A DNA stretch of 64,000 bases from Bacteroidales bacterium (GTDB taxonomy: Bacteria; Bacteroidota; Bacteroidia; Bacteroidales; UBA7960): positions 26,748 to 90,747 of the forward strand of contig JAVIYP010000001.1 of assembly GCA_031323845.1 (NCBI GenBank), read 5' to 3'. Position 1 is the first letter of the stretch. Every line of letters begins with the position of its first letter. Positions 28,514 to 38,521 of this stretch are shown here, in pieces. The position numbers were made by a program, and so were the translations under genes. A model generated the notes under the pieces. It ran no database searches, was not told the origin of the DNA, and was given only the letters and a program-made list of their open reading frames with translations.

Positions 28514-29269
28514 TTAATAGGTGTCGCGAATATCAATGATTCTGCCGTCCTCGAATGCGTCCGACAACAACAAGCCTGCAAGCCTTTTACCCGCAAGTCC
28601 GGGCTGAATCAACAGTCCGTTTTCCTTGTATTCAATAAATTTCTTCCGGTGCTTAAATGCCCTGTCGGTGGTGCTCCGGATGGTTGTTTGCATTTCAGTG
28701 TCAATAATGCCCGGGGCCACACCCATGGTCTCGACGGGGAACTTTTCTTCCTTTTGCTCTTCACTGATGCACCGACCGAACATGTCAAGGCCCGCTTTGG
28801 AGGTGCAGTAACAACTCCATCCATAATAAGGGTTCTGCGCAGCTCCCGAGGAAATGTTAAGGATGCGTTTTACCGTGTTGATATCCCTGGTCTTTCGTAT
28901 AAAGGCTGAAGAAAGCAGCATCGGAGCCAGCAGGTTTATCCTTACATGCCATTCAACATCTTCCGGATCACAGTCTTCAACCCTTCCTACCGGCTGAATT
29001 ACACCGGCATTGTTTATCAGGTAAATACCGGAGGCTATCTCCTGGTTTATGCTTTTGAAGATCTCGTTAATAAGCGCCGGGATGTCGTAGTGCACGGAAA
29101 GATCATAGGCAAAGAAGTCCAAACGGCAGTTTTTTGCTGCTGCCAGGCTGCTCAGCCTCTTGCTCTCGGTACGTGATATGCAAAATAGGTGATGGTTTTC
29201 GTGAAGCAGCTCCAGGGCCAGCCCTTCTCCAAGTCCTTTACTTGCTCCGGTAATGATAAAATACTTCAT
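28514..29269 (-). CDS. Short-chain dehydrogenase/reductase (SDR), sepiapterin-reductase-like
   Basis: 251 aa with TGASKGLG (Rossmann), NNAG and the catalytic YCTSK (YxxxK). It ends 2 nt before the GNAT-nitrilase start. Confidence 0.9.
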   Translation of the reverse strand: MKYFIITGASKGLGEGLALELLHENHHLFCISRTESKRLSSLAAAKNCRLDFFAYDLSVHYDIPALINEIFKSINQEIASGIYLINNAGVIQPVGRVEDCDPEDVEWHVRINLLAPMLLSSAFIRKTRDINTVKRILNISSGAAQNPYYGWSCYCTSKAGLDMFGRCISEEQKEEKFPVETMGVAPGIIDTEMQTTIRSTTDRAFKHRKKFIEYKENGLLIQPGLAGKRLAGLLLSDAFEDGRIIDIRDTY

Positions 29270-29332
29270 ATGATTATTGTTGCGTATGTACTCGATTTTC
29301 TGTGTTTAGTCTTTATGCCCAAGTAGCCGAAT

Positions 29333-29377
29333 GGATGTGCAAATGTGTAGATGTGCAGATGTGCAAATGTGCAGATC
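29333..29377. repeat. Tandem 8-bp repeat tract (CAGATGTG family), inverted copy of the 10403-10449 tract
   Basis: Read directly: GGATGTG CAAATGTG TAGATGTG CAGATGTG CAAATGTG CAGATC. It is followed by degenerate CACATTT-like units up to about 29432. Confidence 0.85.
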
Positions 29378-29471
29378 CGTCATGTTATAGAAATTTTTCA
29401 CATTTCACCTTTCACTTTATCCACATTTGGCCTTTGGCTTTTAGCAAGAGCTGAAGCAGGATGGCTGCCAA

Positions 29472-30680
29472 TCACTCATCATGTCCGGTGGTTTCCTCAA
29501 TGCCGATGGTCATGATGGAACCGGATTCCTGATGAAACCGTAATTTCATGTGTTCCGATGGTAAATACGTGACCATGCCGAACTGACTGATCAGTTTCTT
29601 TGCGTGGGCCTTGATCTCGTTGGCATAAAGTACCTGGACATCCGCATATTCAGGTATACGGTAATGAAAACCCTTGGACATTGGTTCCGGGTATATGAAG
29701 CTCACATTAATGCGCTGTTCCAGCAGATCCGTCAGTTTGCTCCTGTTGTAGGCAATGGATACCGGCATCCCCGTGTCTTCTTTTGCAGGCAATATGCCGT
29801 CGGTAGAGGAGAACCTGAACAGGGTATGAACTGAATCGGCAATATGTTTTACCGGTGTATGTATAAACCTGTAACGGATGTTTTTGGTGGTTGAGATTCC
29901 TGTAAACAGGTCAAGGTAATCGCTTTCCAGCCTGTCCATTTGCGAATACATATACTCTAATGCCTCTTTGGAATAACTGATCTCCTGAAAGCCGCTGATC
30001 AGGTCGAACTTTTTCTCACGGATTTCAAGGATGTAGTCGGCAACCTCCCTGGCACGTAATTCGGCGCTTTTTTCGACCCAGCTCCTTCTCAGCGTTTGCC
30101 GTTGCAGGGCAATGGTGTCCTCCCGGACATCCTCAAAGAGGGTGTCGATCTTTTCCATAAGATTGTTGTCCATGAAATAATTGAAGGACGGCACTTCGCC
30201 CCGGTAACCAAAATCCTTACTTCTCCTGAACGACATATCTGTATCCGCATCAGGCAGTTCATTGCTCAGGTTGCAGATAATGCCCGATTCTGTGAGTGCC
30301 AGGAAGAAGTTTTGTGAAGCGGCATTGCTCAGGTCAACAAAATAAAGATGGTCAGGGTCAGGTTCAACCAGGCTGCCAATGGTCACCTTACGGATGTTGT
30401 AAGTGTGAGATGCTTCCCTGATGACATCACGAAGGCCAAGGAAACTACTGGCGTATTCAGCGTACGGACCTGGGGTGTATTCAGTTTTTTCCAGGTCAAC
30501 ATCCACCACGATAAGCGTTCTGGGAAGCGCATAATAAATTACATTCCCGATATTTTCATCGCGCAGTTCCAAAACATGCCCGGTATGATGACCGCTTCTT
30601 TGTATGATGCTTTGTTTGCTGCCGCATGCTGCAAGTATCAACAATGCACTCAGCATGACCAATAAATAGGCTCTTTGCAT
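29472..30680 (-). CDS. Hypothetical lipoprotein (DUF4831-like, tentative)
   Basis: 402 aa with a lipoprotein signal (LLILAACGSK). The segment VIYYALPRTLIVVDVDLEKTEYTPGPYAEYASSFLG resembles what I recall of Bacteroidota DUF4831 proteins. Confidence 0.55.
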   Translation of the reverse strand: MQRAYLLVMLSALLILAACGSKQSIIQRSGHHTGHVLELRDENIGNVIYYALPRTLIVVDVDLEKTEYTPGPYAEYASSFLGLRDVIREASHTYNIRKVTIGSLVEPDPDHLYFVDLSNAASQNFFLALTESGIICNLSNELPDADTDMSFRRSKDFGYRGEVPSFNYFMDNNLMEKIDTLFEDVREDTIALQRQTLRRSWVEKSAELRAREVADYILEIREKKFDLISGFQEISYSKEALEYMYSQMDRLESDYLDLFTGISTTKNIRYRFIHTPVKHIADSVHTLFRFSSTDGILPAKEDTGMPVSIAYNRSKLTDLLEQRINVSFIYPEPMSKGFHYRIPEYADVQVLYANEIKAHAKKLISQFGMVTYLPSEHMKLRFHQESGSIMTIGIEETTGHDE

Positions 30681-30689
30681 GGGGTGGTT

Positions 30690-31400
30690 TTATTTTAGGA
30701 AATCCAGATTGGCATTCTTGTCAAATTCGAGCGTCGGCTCATCTTTCCGGAACACCTTTATTGTTTTTGATCCGATGTATTCGACGTTACCGTTGTCGAT
30801 GCGCAGCATGGTCCCTTCTTTAAGTCCCACTACGATGATATCCGGGTTTGCTTCCAGGAATTCCCTGATACGATCCTCTCTCGTTTCACCATTGTGGTTC
30901 GGAATAATGGCATCTGTGTAGTGCGGGTTTATTTGAAAAGGCACCAGTCCGAGTGTTTCAAAGCTTTTGGGCTGCACAATGGGCATGTCGTTGGTGGTTT
31001 TGAGGCTCGGACAGGCAACATTGCTCCCGGCGCTCCATCCGATATACGGCGTGCCGTTTTCAGCTTTTTTCCTGATGGCATCCATTACTCCGGTTTCATG
31101 CATCATGTGAACCAGGTGGAAGGTGTTTCCGCCTCCAACTACTATGGCTTCTGCGCCCTCTACAGCCGCAACGGGGTCATTTTCCTGATGAACGGAGCGA
31201 ACGGCATATCCCAGTTTTAAAAATACGGACGCCACTTTCTCGGTGTATTCATCATAAGAGATACTCACACCCGCATAGGGAATAAAAAGCACTTCCCTGA
31301 CCGAATCACCTAAAAAATCTTTGATGGAGGGTTTGGTATATTCAAGATACTGTTCTCCGTAATTGGTTGAGTTACTGATAAGAAGAAGTTTTTTGCTCAT
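30690..31400 (-). CDS. pepE: Dipeptidase E (peptidase family S51)
   Basis: 236 aa. It starts MSKKLLLISNSTNYGEQYLEY and contains GGGNTFHL and GWSAGSNV (Ser nucleophile context), which is PepE-like. Confidence 0.85.
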   Translation of the reverse strand: MSKKLLLISNSTNYGEQYLEYTKPSIKDFLGDSVREVLFIPYAGVSISYDEYTEKVASVFLKLGYAVRSVHQENDPVAAVEGAEAIVVGGGNTFHLVHMMHETGVMDAIRKKAENGTPYIGWSAGSNVACPSLKTTNDMPIVQPKSFETLGLVPFQINPHYTDAIIPNHNGETREDRIREFLEANPDIIVVGLKEGTMLRIDNGNVEYIGSKTIKVFRKDEPTLEFDKNANLDFLK

Positions 31401-31569
31401 AGATGACAGTAGTTTGTTATGTGATACAATATGCTGTTTTTCAGTGCAGAAGGACTACAGTTAACCTCCAATGATTCATCAAAGTTATAAAAAATTACGG
31501 TTTGCGGCTAAAAACACTTGTTTTGAGCGACTGAAACAAGAAGTGTTCTGGAACTGATAATAATTTTTA

Positions 31570-31577
31570 TAATTTTG
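31570..31577 (+). promoter_or_regulatory. Bacteroidota-type -7 promoter box (TAnnTTTG)
   Basis: TAATTTTG lies 19 nt upstream of the ATG at 31597. Confidence 0.4.
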
Positions 31578-31596
31578 GATTTCAAAAATCAGCATA

Positions 31597-32169
31597 ATGA
31601 CTGAATTCAAGCTTGCAGAGAAACTGGGAGAGGGTAACTTCCGTGAGTGTTTTGCCGTTGAGGGTGAGCCCGGGCTTTGCGTAAAGCGATTGAAGCCCAG
31701 GCTGGGATTCTGGCGCCGGCTTAACCTGCAAGTGTTACGCCCCGGGATGAACAAGGAAGAATACGACATTTATCATCGTTTGCCCGACGAAATGAAACCC
31801 TATTTTAATCCGGTAATAGAAGTGGGAGATGACTATCTCGTCACAGGGCGGCCTCTCGATTACGACGGAAGCCATTCAAAACCTGTGGTTGCGTATGGTA
31901 AGATTGCACACCGGGGATTCTGGCAGGAAATCGACAAGATTCTTTTATTGTTTGAGAAGTATAATTTGTGGTTTTATGATACGATGAAGGGCAGGAATCT
32001 GTTTGTAAGAAAACTTTCCGAGGATGAATGGGTGCCCGTGATTGTGGACTACAAGCGTTTGGGCTGGCGTTCTTACCCCATTCAAATCAATTTAATGTTC
32101 GATTCAGAAAAGAAAAGAAAATGTTACCGCTACCTTGAGCGCTTTAAAAAGCGATACAAGGCTTATTAA
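31597..32169 (+). CDS. YrbL-family protein (atypical protein-kinase-like fold)
   Basis: 190 aa. LGEGNFRECFAVEGEPGLCVKRL and WVPVIVDYKRLG parallel the enterobacterial YrbL pattern LGTGRHRKCYAHPEDAQRCIKI ... VIPVVCDNIG as I recall it. Confidence 0.6.
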   Translation: MTEFKLAEKLGEGNFRECFAVEGEPGLCVKRLKPRLGFWRRLNLQVLRPGMNKEEYDIYHRLPDEMKPYFNPVIEVGDDYLVTGRPLDYDGSHSKPVVAYGKIAHRGFWQEIDKILLLFEKYNLWFYDTMKGRNLFVRKLSEDEWVPVIVDYKRLGWRSYPIQINLMFDSEKKRKCYRYLERFKKRYKAY

Positions 32170-32235
32170 TCCTTAATGTTCACAATTCATAAGCAGCCGG
32201 CCGGTGTGGCGCTGGATTTTCCCCGGCCAGCAAAG

Positions 32236-32288
32236 AAAACACCATGACGCACAGGGCTGTTAAAGGTCCCGGCATCATGGTGTTTTTT
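32236..32288. terminator. Probable bidirectional intrinsic terminator between convergent yrbL-like and gap genes
   Basis: A 12-bp perfect stem pairs AAAACACCATGA (32236-32247) with TCATGGTGTTTT (32275-32286). It is followed by more T on the plus strand and by TTTTCTTT on the minus strand. The loop is long (27 nt), which lowers confidence. Confidence 0.5.
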
Positions 32289-32321
32289 ACAGAAGAGCGT
32301 CAGATGATCAGTGATAATTCA

Positions 32322-33329
<1,008 letters not shown>

Positions 33330-33476
33330 TCATTATTTTAGGTTCGTAAAATGAGGTGTAAAATTAATAAAAAAAACAAAGCAAACATTGAAAACTGAAT
33401 AGCGCGTCGTTTCTGTTTTGGCATCTTACAGAAGAGTTGTATAGGTGTTTTTACCCGTTGATGTTCTATTAATTAT

Positions 33477-33484
33477 TAAATTTG
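33477..33484 (+). promoter_or_regulatory. Bacteroidota-type -7 promoter box (TAnnTTTG)
   Basis: TAAATTTG lies 68 nt upstream of the exbB ATG at 33553. Confidence 0.35.
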
Positions 33485-33552
33485 TGGGTTGTAAAATAAA
33501 AAAGTTCTTTAACAGTTATATGTACAAACCATTATTCGTAAAACCTTAAGCG

Positions 33553-34263
33553 ATGTTATTTTCTTTGTTATTCCAGCTTCAATCGGGTGGAGAGATAGCC
33601 CTGGCTGATACAATTGCGTTATCCGCTGCAGAAGAGTTTGAGACGCTGAGCATCTGGAACCTGATGTTGAAGGGCGGAATAGTTATGATACCTCTGGCTA
33701 TTCTGTCTGTTGTGGCGATTTATATTTTTATTGAGAGGTATTTTGCCATAAGCAGGGCATCAGGTGAGGAAACCAACTTTATGAATAATATCCGCGATTT
33801 TATTCATAATGGCCGTATAGACTCTGCGAAATCACTCTGCCGTAACAATCAGTCGCCCATCTCCAGGATGATTGCCAAGGGCATTGTCCGGATCGGGAGG
33901 CCGTTGACCGACATCAATGCTGCCATTGAAAATGTTGGCAAGCTTGAAATTGCACAACTGGAAAAAAACATTGCCGTGTTGGCCACGGTGGCAGGTGCAG
34001 CACCCATGCTTGGTTTTCTTGGTACGGTTATAGGAATGGTTAGGGCATTCTATAATATGTCGATGGCCGGGCCGAACATTGATATAAGCCTGCTTGCCGG
34101 AGGTATTTACGAAGCTATGATAACCACCATTACCGGCCTTACCGTGGGTATTATCGCCTACATCTGCTACAATATTCTTGTAGCACGTATAGAAAAAGTG
34201 GTGTTTATGCTGGAAGCCAGGGCCACTGAATTTATGGACCTCCTGCACGAACCAGCATCCTAA
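33553..34263 (+). CDS. exbB: MotA/TolQ/ExbB proton-channel family protein
   Basis: 236 aa with three TM helices and the conserved C-terminal segment APMLGFLGTVIGMVRAF ... EAMITTITGLTVGI. Confidence 0.85.
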   Translation: MLFSLLFQLQSGGEIALADTIALSAAEEFETLSIWNLMLKGGIVMIPLAILSVVAIYIFIERYFAISRASGEETNFMNNIRDFIHNGRIDSAKSLCRNNQSPISRMIAKGIVRIGRPLTDINAAIENVGKLEIAQLEKNIAVLATVAGAAPMLGFLGTVIGMVRAFYNMSMAGPNIDISLLAGGIYEAMITTITGLTVGIIAYICYNILVARIEKVVFMLEARATEFMDLLHEPAS

Positions 34264-34275
34264 TACAGCGATATT

Positions 34276-34692
34276 ATGGCCATAAAAGCAAGAAATACGC
34301 GCAATGTCCAGTTTAACATGGCCTCCATGTCGGACCTGGTTTTTTTGTTGTTGATCTTTTTCATGCTGACATCGACGCTGATTGCACCCAGCGCCATCAA
34401 GCTGTTGCTGCCCTCAAGCGACAGCCGTACCATGTCGCCCCAGACGGTTACCGTTTACCTGGATGCTTCAAGACAATTGTACCTCGAAGACCAGGCTGTT
34501 GACCTCGAAGGTCTGCAACTGGGCCTTATCCAGAGCCTTGACGGCCACACGGAAGCTTCTGTGGTTCTCAGGTCAGATCAGTCAGTTCCGGTGCAATATG
34601 TCGTGGATGTCATTGATGTCGTTGAAAAGATCAACAGCAGGTATAATGTCAAACACAAAGTCATCCTGGCCACTCAGCCGCACAGCAGATAA
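34276..34692 (+). CDS. exbD: Biopolymer transport protein ExbD/TolR
   Basis: 138 aa. Contains NMASMSDLVFLLLIFFML, a single TM helix, and a periplasmic domain. It lies directly between exbB and tonB. Confidence 0.85.
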   Translation: MAIKARNTRNVQFNMASMSDLVFLLLIFFMLTSTLIAPSAIKLLLPSSDSRTMSPQTVTVYLDASRQLYLEDQAVDLEGLQLGLIQSLDGHTEASVVLRSDQSVPVQYVVDVIDVVEKINSRYNVKHKVILATQPHSR

Positions 34693-35508
34693 ATGGAAGC
34701 ACACAACAGAAAAGACCGTAACAGGGCCATATTGGGCACGATAATCTTTCATGCCGTGCTCGTGTTATGCTTTCTTTTGTTTGGTCTTTCTACGCCTTTA
34801 CCCTTGCCCGAAGAACATGGAGTCATAGTATCTCTGGGCTATTTTGACGAGGGCATGGGTCAGGCACAGCCGCTGTCGGCATCGCCGCCGGTGCCACAGT
34901 CGCCGCCGTCGAGGCCGGTGCAACAGCCTGACCAGGTGGTTACACAAAGCACACAAGAGTCCGTCGCCCTTCCTGAAGAGACAGCCGCCCGTATTTCCGA
35001 CCGGGAGCTCCCCGAGTCGGAACGACATGACATCATGCCTGAACCTGAAGAGGCTGTTGAAATACCTGAGGAAGAAGTTGTGCCACAGCCCGACCCGAGG
35101 GCTTTATTCCCGGGACGTGACCAGCGGGCTACCGACAGGCAGGATCACGGTGAAACGGAAATTGCCGGCAACCAGGGACGTCCTGAAGGCGTTATTGGCG
35201 CCGATGATCCCTGGGGAGCAGGAGCTGGAAACGGTATCGAAGTTAACCTCACCGACAGACGACCAAACTTTTTGCCCCGGCCCGAATATACAACCCTGTC
35301 AACGGGCAGAGTGGTCGTTCAGATCACCGTCAACAGGCAGGGACAGGTTATCCGTGCAACAGCAGGGGCACGGGGAACAACAACCACCGACAGAACACTG
35401 CACAGACATGCCGAAGAAGCTGCACGCAGGGCACGCTTCGATGTGAAACCCGACGCCCCGGAGGAACAGACAGGTACCATCACCTATAACTTTATCCGCC
35501 TTAACTAG
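34693..35508 (+). CDS. tonB: Energy transducer TonB
   Basis: 271 aa with an N-terminal TM anchor, a Pro/Glu-rich spacer (PPVPQSPPSRPVQQPD...) and a C-terminal TonB-like domain (GRVVVQITVNRQGQVIRA...). Its start abuts the exbD stop. Confidence 0.8.
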   Translation: MEAHNRKDRNRAILGTIIFHAVLVLCFLLFGLSTPLPLPEEHGVIVSLGYFDEGMGQAQPLSASPPVPQSPPSRPVQQPDQVVTQSTQESVALPEETAARISDRELPESERHDIMPEPEEAVEIPEEEVVPQPDPRALFPGRDQRATDRQDHGETEIAGNQGRPEGVIGADDPWGAGAGNGIEVNLTDRRPNFLPRPEYTTLSTGRVVVQITVNRQGQVIRATAGARGTTTTDRTLHRHAEEAARRARFDVKPDAPEEQTGTITYNFIRLN

Positions 35509-35522
35509 TGGTAGTGCTCCCG

Positions 35523-36821
35523 ATGAGTTACGAACAAACCCTGAACTACCTGTATCAGCAGCTTCCGATGTACCAGCGCATCGGGCCCGCCGCCTACAAG
35601 GCTAACCTCGACAATACGCTTGCCCTGGCTGACTACCTGAATCATCCTGAAAAGAAATTCAAAAGCATTCATATTGCAGGAACTAACGGCAAAGGTTCCG
35701 TGGCACACATGCTCGCCTCAGTATTGCAGGAGGCCGGCTACAAAACCGGGCTGGCAACCTCGCCGCACCTGCGCGACTTTCGCGAAAGAATAAAAATAAA
35801 CGGCCATCTCATCCCTGAAAAGGAAATCATAGGTTTTGTCAATAAACATAAGACCTTTTTTGAAAAGATCAAGCCCTCTTTCTTTGAAATGGCCATGGCG
35901 CTGACCTTTGATTATTTTGCGAAACAACATGTGGACCTTGCCGTGGTAGAGACCGGTCTTGGCGGAAGGCTCGACTCTTCGAACATCATCACGCCTGAAC
36001 TATCGGTGATCACCAACATCGGCCTTGACCACATGCATCTGCTTGGTGATACCCTGGAAAAGATTGCCGCTGAAAAATCCGGCATCATCAAAACCCATAT
36101 TCCGGTGGTGATCGGAAGAACACAGTACGAAGTGCAACATGTTTTTGAAGACATGGCACAAAAGAACAGCGCACCGCTGATTATGGCCGAAAAACTTTTT
36201 CAGATAAAGAGTATTGAAAGTTGTGTAACGAATAACGCGGATGCTCTAAAGGTGTGCCTTATGGATCACCAGCGGAAGGAAAAGGAGTTTACACTTGATG
36301 TTTGCGGAACCTACCAGGCTGAGAACCTTGTTACGGTTTTGGCGGCGATTCATACGCTTAACGCTTACAAAGGATTTACCATCGACGGGCAATCGGTTGA
36401 AAAAGGAGTGCGCAATGTAAAACGCAATACCGGCTTATTGGGCAGGTGGCAACGGATTTCGCGAAGCCCGGACGTTATTTGTGATGCTGCCCACAATGAG
36501 GATGGAATGGATTATGTAGTCAGGCAGATTCATTCTGCACCGCATGAACGCCTGCATATGGTGATCGGTATGGTGGATGACAAAGAGCGTTCCGGGATCA
36601 TGAAACTGCTGCCCAAAAATGCAGTGTATTATTTTTGCCGGCCTGCTGTTCCGAGAGGCCTTGATGAAAAGAAACTTGCTAATGAGGCTCTTTCGTTTGG
36701 CTTATCCGGCAAGGCATACAGCTCTGTTCCGAATGCACTGGCTGCAGCCAGAAATGAGGCCGGTTCCGGTGATCTTATTTTTGTAGGCGGAAGTACTTTT
36801 GTTGTTGCAGAGGTGGTCTGA
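35523..36821 (+). CDS. folC: Bifunctional folylpolyglutamate synthase / dihydrofolate synthase
   Basis: Mur-ligase-type P-loop HIAGTNGKGSV and FolC-like architecture. The track ORF begins at GTG 35508, overlapping the tonB stop. I prefer ATG 35523 (MSYEQTLNYLY). Confidence 0.9.
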   Translation: MSYEQTLNYLYQQLPMYQRIGPAAYKANLDNTLALADYLNHPEKKFKSIHIAGTNGKGSVAHMLASVLQEAGYKTGLATSPHLRDFRERIKINGHLIPEKEIIGFVNKHKTFFEKIKPSFFEMAMALTFDYFAKQHVDLAVVETGLGGRLDSSNIITPELSVITNIGLDHMHLLGDTLEKIAAEKSGIIKTHIPVVIGRTQYEVQHVFEDMAQKNSAPLIMAEKLFQIKSIESCVTNNADALKVCLMDHQRKEKEFTLDVCGTYQAENLVTVLAAIHTLNAYKGFTIDGQSVEKGVRNVKRNTGLLGRWQRISRSPDVICDAAHNEDGMDYVVRQIHSAPHERLHMVIGMVDDKERSGIMKLLPKNAVYYFCRPAVPRGLDEKKLANEALSFGLSGKAYSSVPNALAAARNEAGSGDLIFVGGSTFVVAEVV

Positions 36822-36833
36822 ACAACCTGGAGA

Positions 36834-37448
36834 TCAATTGTTTTCTTCCTGCTTGAGTCTTTCCTCTTCAAGCTTACGCTCAGCTTCGCGTCTTCTTTCT
36901 TCCAGTATTCTCTCCCTGGCTCTTTCTCTTGCAAGATGCGTGATATATTGCTGCAGATCTCTGTCGCGACGAAACTCCATCAATATGGCACGGTATTGCT
37001 GCATACTGAAATCGTATTCATCAACAACCATCTGAATCATACCTTGGGTCTCTCTCTGGATTTGAGTCACCTGAGGTGCTGCAGCATTGAATGCTTCAAT
37101 TTCTTCTGCTGAAAACACACCACCATCCAGTGCACCCATTTGTGCGGCCCGGGAAATTTGCTGAAAACGATCATGTGTTAAACCAAAACTTTCGACAGCT
37201 TCACTGATCCTCTCCTGTGATTGACGGTTTATGGCGCTGACTTCCTGGTTGGTATCAAAAAACGTCAATAAGGTTTCGTCTGAAAAAGGGAATTCTTTGT
37301 CTGCCCACGGATCTTCCTCTGCTTCTTCTGCCTCACCTTCCTGTGCTACAGCCTGGACAGCCGGAATGAAGAAAAGCAATGCTGTTGCCATAAAAAACAC
37401 CATAAACGCTTTATTTATGGCGCCAATACGCATTTTAATAAATTTCAT
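36834..37448 (-). CDS. Secreted DUF4168-like protein with a highly charged C-terminal helix
   Basis: 204 aa with a signal peptide (AVQAVAQ). Two similar helical segments (FSDETLLTFFDTNQEV..., FSAEEIEAFNAAAPQV...) recall DUF4168 repeats. The C-terminus is ERARERILEERRREAERKLEEERLKQEENN. Confidence 0.5.
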   Translation of the reverse strand: MKFIKMRIGAINKAFMVFFMATALLFFIPAVQAVAQEGEAEEAEEDPWADKEFPFSDETLLTFFDTNQEVSAINRQSQERISEAVESFGLTHDRFQQISRAAQMGALDGGVFSAEEIEAFNAAAPQVTQIQRETQGMIQMVVDEYDFSMQQYRAILMEFRRDRDLQQYITHLARERARERILEERRREAERKLEEERLKQEENN

Positions 37449-37565
37449 AGATAAGGATTTGTTTTAGATTCACACTTTTAGAACCACAAATTTAACAATA
37501 AATCAGATAAGCGTTTTCTAATTTTTTTAAAAAATGTTTTGACGCCCCCTCGTTGCATAATTTTT

Positions 37566-37573
37566 TATCTTTG
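37566..37573 (+). promoter_or_regulatory. Bacteroidota-type -7 promoter box (TAnnTTTG)
   Basis: TATCTTTG lies 12 nt upstream of ATG 37586. It sits inside the TTG-initiated extension given in the ORF track, which favours the ATG 37586 start. Confidence 0.4.
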
Positions 37574-37585
37574 AAAAAAAAGCAT

Positions 37586-38482
37586 ATGGCCAGTAACAAT
37601 GGATGCTACAACGGTGCCGTACCTGATATCAGGAAGCCTGCCCCGATAGTAATTGACAACATTCTGGAGTGGTTTTTCCGGTTTGCTGCCAGCGGCTGGG
37701 TGCCTCCACGATGGTTTGCCCCTGATTATTCCAAGCTGCCCCCAGTCAGACCGGCTAAAGAGCTGCTGACGATAGAGATTGTCAGTCATTGCTGGAATTA
37801 CGCCAACATCTTGAGCTATCAGCTGAGTTCGCTGGTCCTCCATCCTCCGGAAAAAACAAACATTATCATGACTGTTTTTTATGAGGAAAGCGATCACCGC
37901 ACCAGGGAAGTGCTCAAGTATTTCAGCAGTCAAAAACCTGAAAAGGTTCAATGGAATTTTTGCTGTCTTAACAAATCTTATCTGCTCAGAAGAGCCATTG
38001 GGAGAAACCTGGCTGCTTTGAACACAAAGGCCGACTGGATTTTTTTTACCGACTGTGATCTTTTGTTTCGTGAAAAGTCGCTTGACCTGCTTGCCGGGGA
38101 ACTTGCCCAAAGATCTGAGCTGCTGGTTTATCCCAGGCAACATATGATAACAGAGCTGCTGGACGATGATGACGAGCTTTTTACAGACTACAAACAAGCA
38201 GGTATGGTCAGGGATATTGATCCGGATCGCTTTTATGTTGAGGAAAGAGACCGTGCTACCGGTGCGTTGCAGATAACCCGCTCAGATGCTGCACATCTCG
38301 GTGGATATTGTGGAACGGTAGGCTACTATCAGCGTCCGGCAAAAAAATGGAGGAAGTGTTATGAAGACCGAAGTTTCCGCTGGCTGTTAGGCACCCAGGG
38401 AACTCCTATAGATGTACCCGGGTTTTACCGCATCAGGCATGCCACCAAAGGGCGGAAAGGTAAAACAGTCGGTGGTGGATGA
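37586..38482 (+). CDS. Glycosyltransferase family 2-like (GT-A fold) protein
   Basis: RRAIGRNLAALNTKADWIFFTDCDLLF matches the GT2 pattern (aRN.G...A.g.w..f.D.D). ALQITRSDAAHLGGY resembles the downstream GT-A segment. The start was moved to ATG 37586 (MASNN). Confidence 0.5.
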   Translation: MASNNGCYNGAVPDIRKPAPIVIDNILEWFFRFAASGWVPPRWFAPDYSKLPPVRPAKELLTIEIVSHCWNYANILSYQLSSLVLHPPEKTNIIMTVFYEESDHRTREVLKYFSSQKPEKVQWNFCCLNKSYLLRRAIGRNLAALNTKADWIFFTDCDLLFREKSLDLLAGELAQRSELLVYPRQHMITELLDDDDELFTDYKQAGMVRDIDPDRFYVEERDRATGALQITRSDAAHLGGYCGTVGYYQRPAKKWRKCYEDRSFRWLLGTQGTPIDVPGFYRIRHATKGRKGKTVGGG

Positions 38483-38521
38483 TCCTGAAACCCAGCCCCC
38501 GTTTTTTCAGCAAAAGACCGA

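Noticed and set aside
34844-35446. 200-aa same-strand alternative-frame ORF within tonB
   Set aside because: It is Arg/Ser/Pro-rich junk produced by the GC- and Pro-rich TonB spacer. The TonB frame has the TM anchor and the C-terminal TonB domain.
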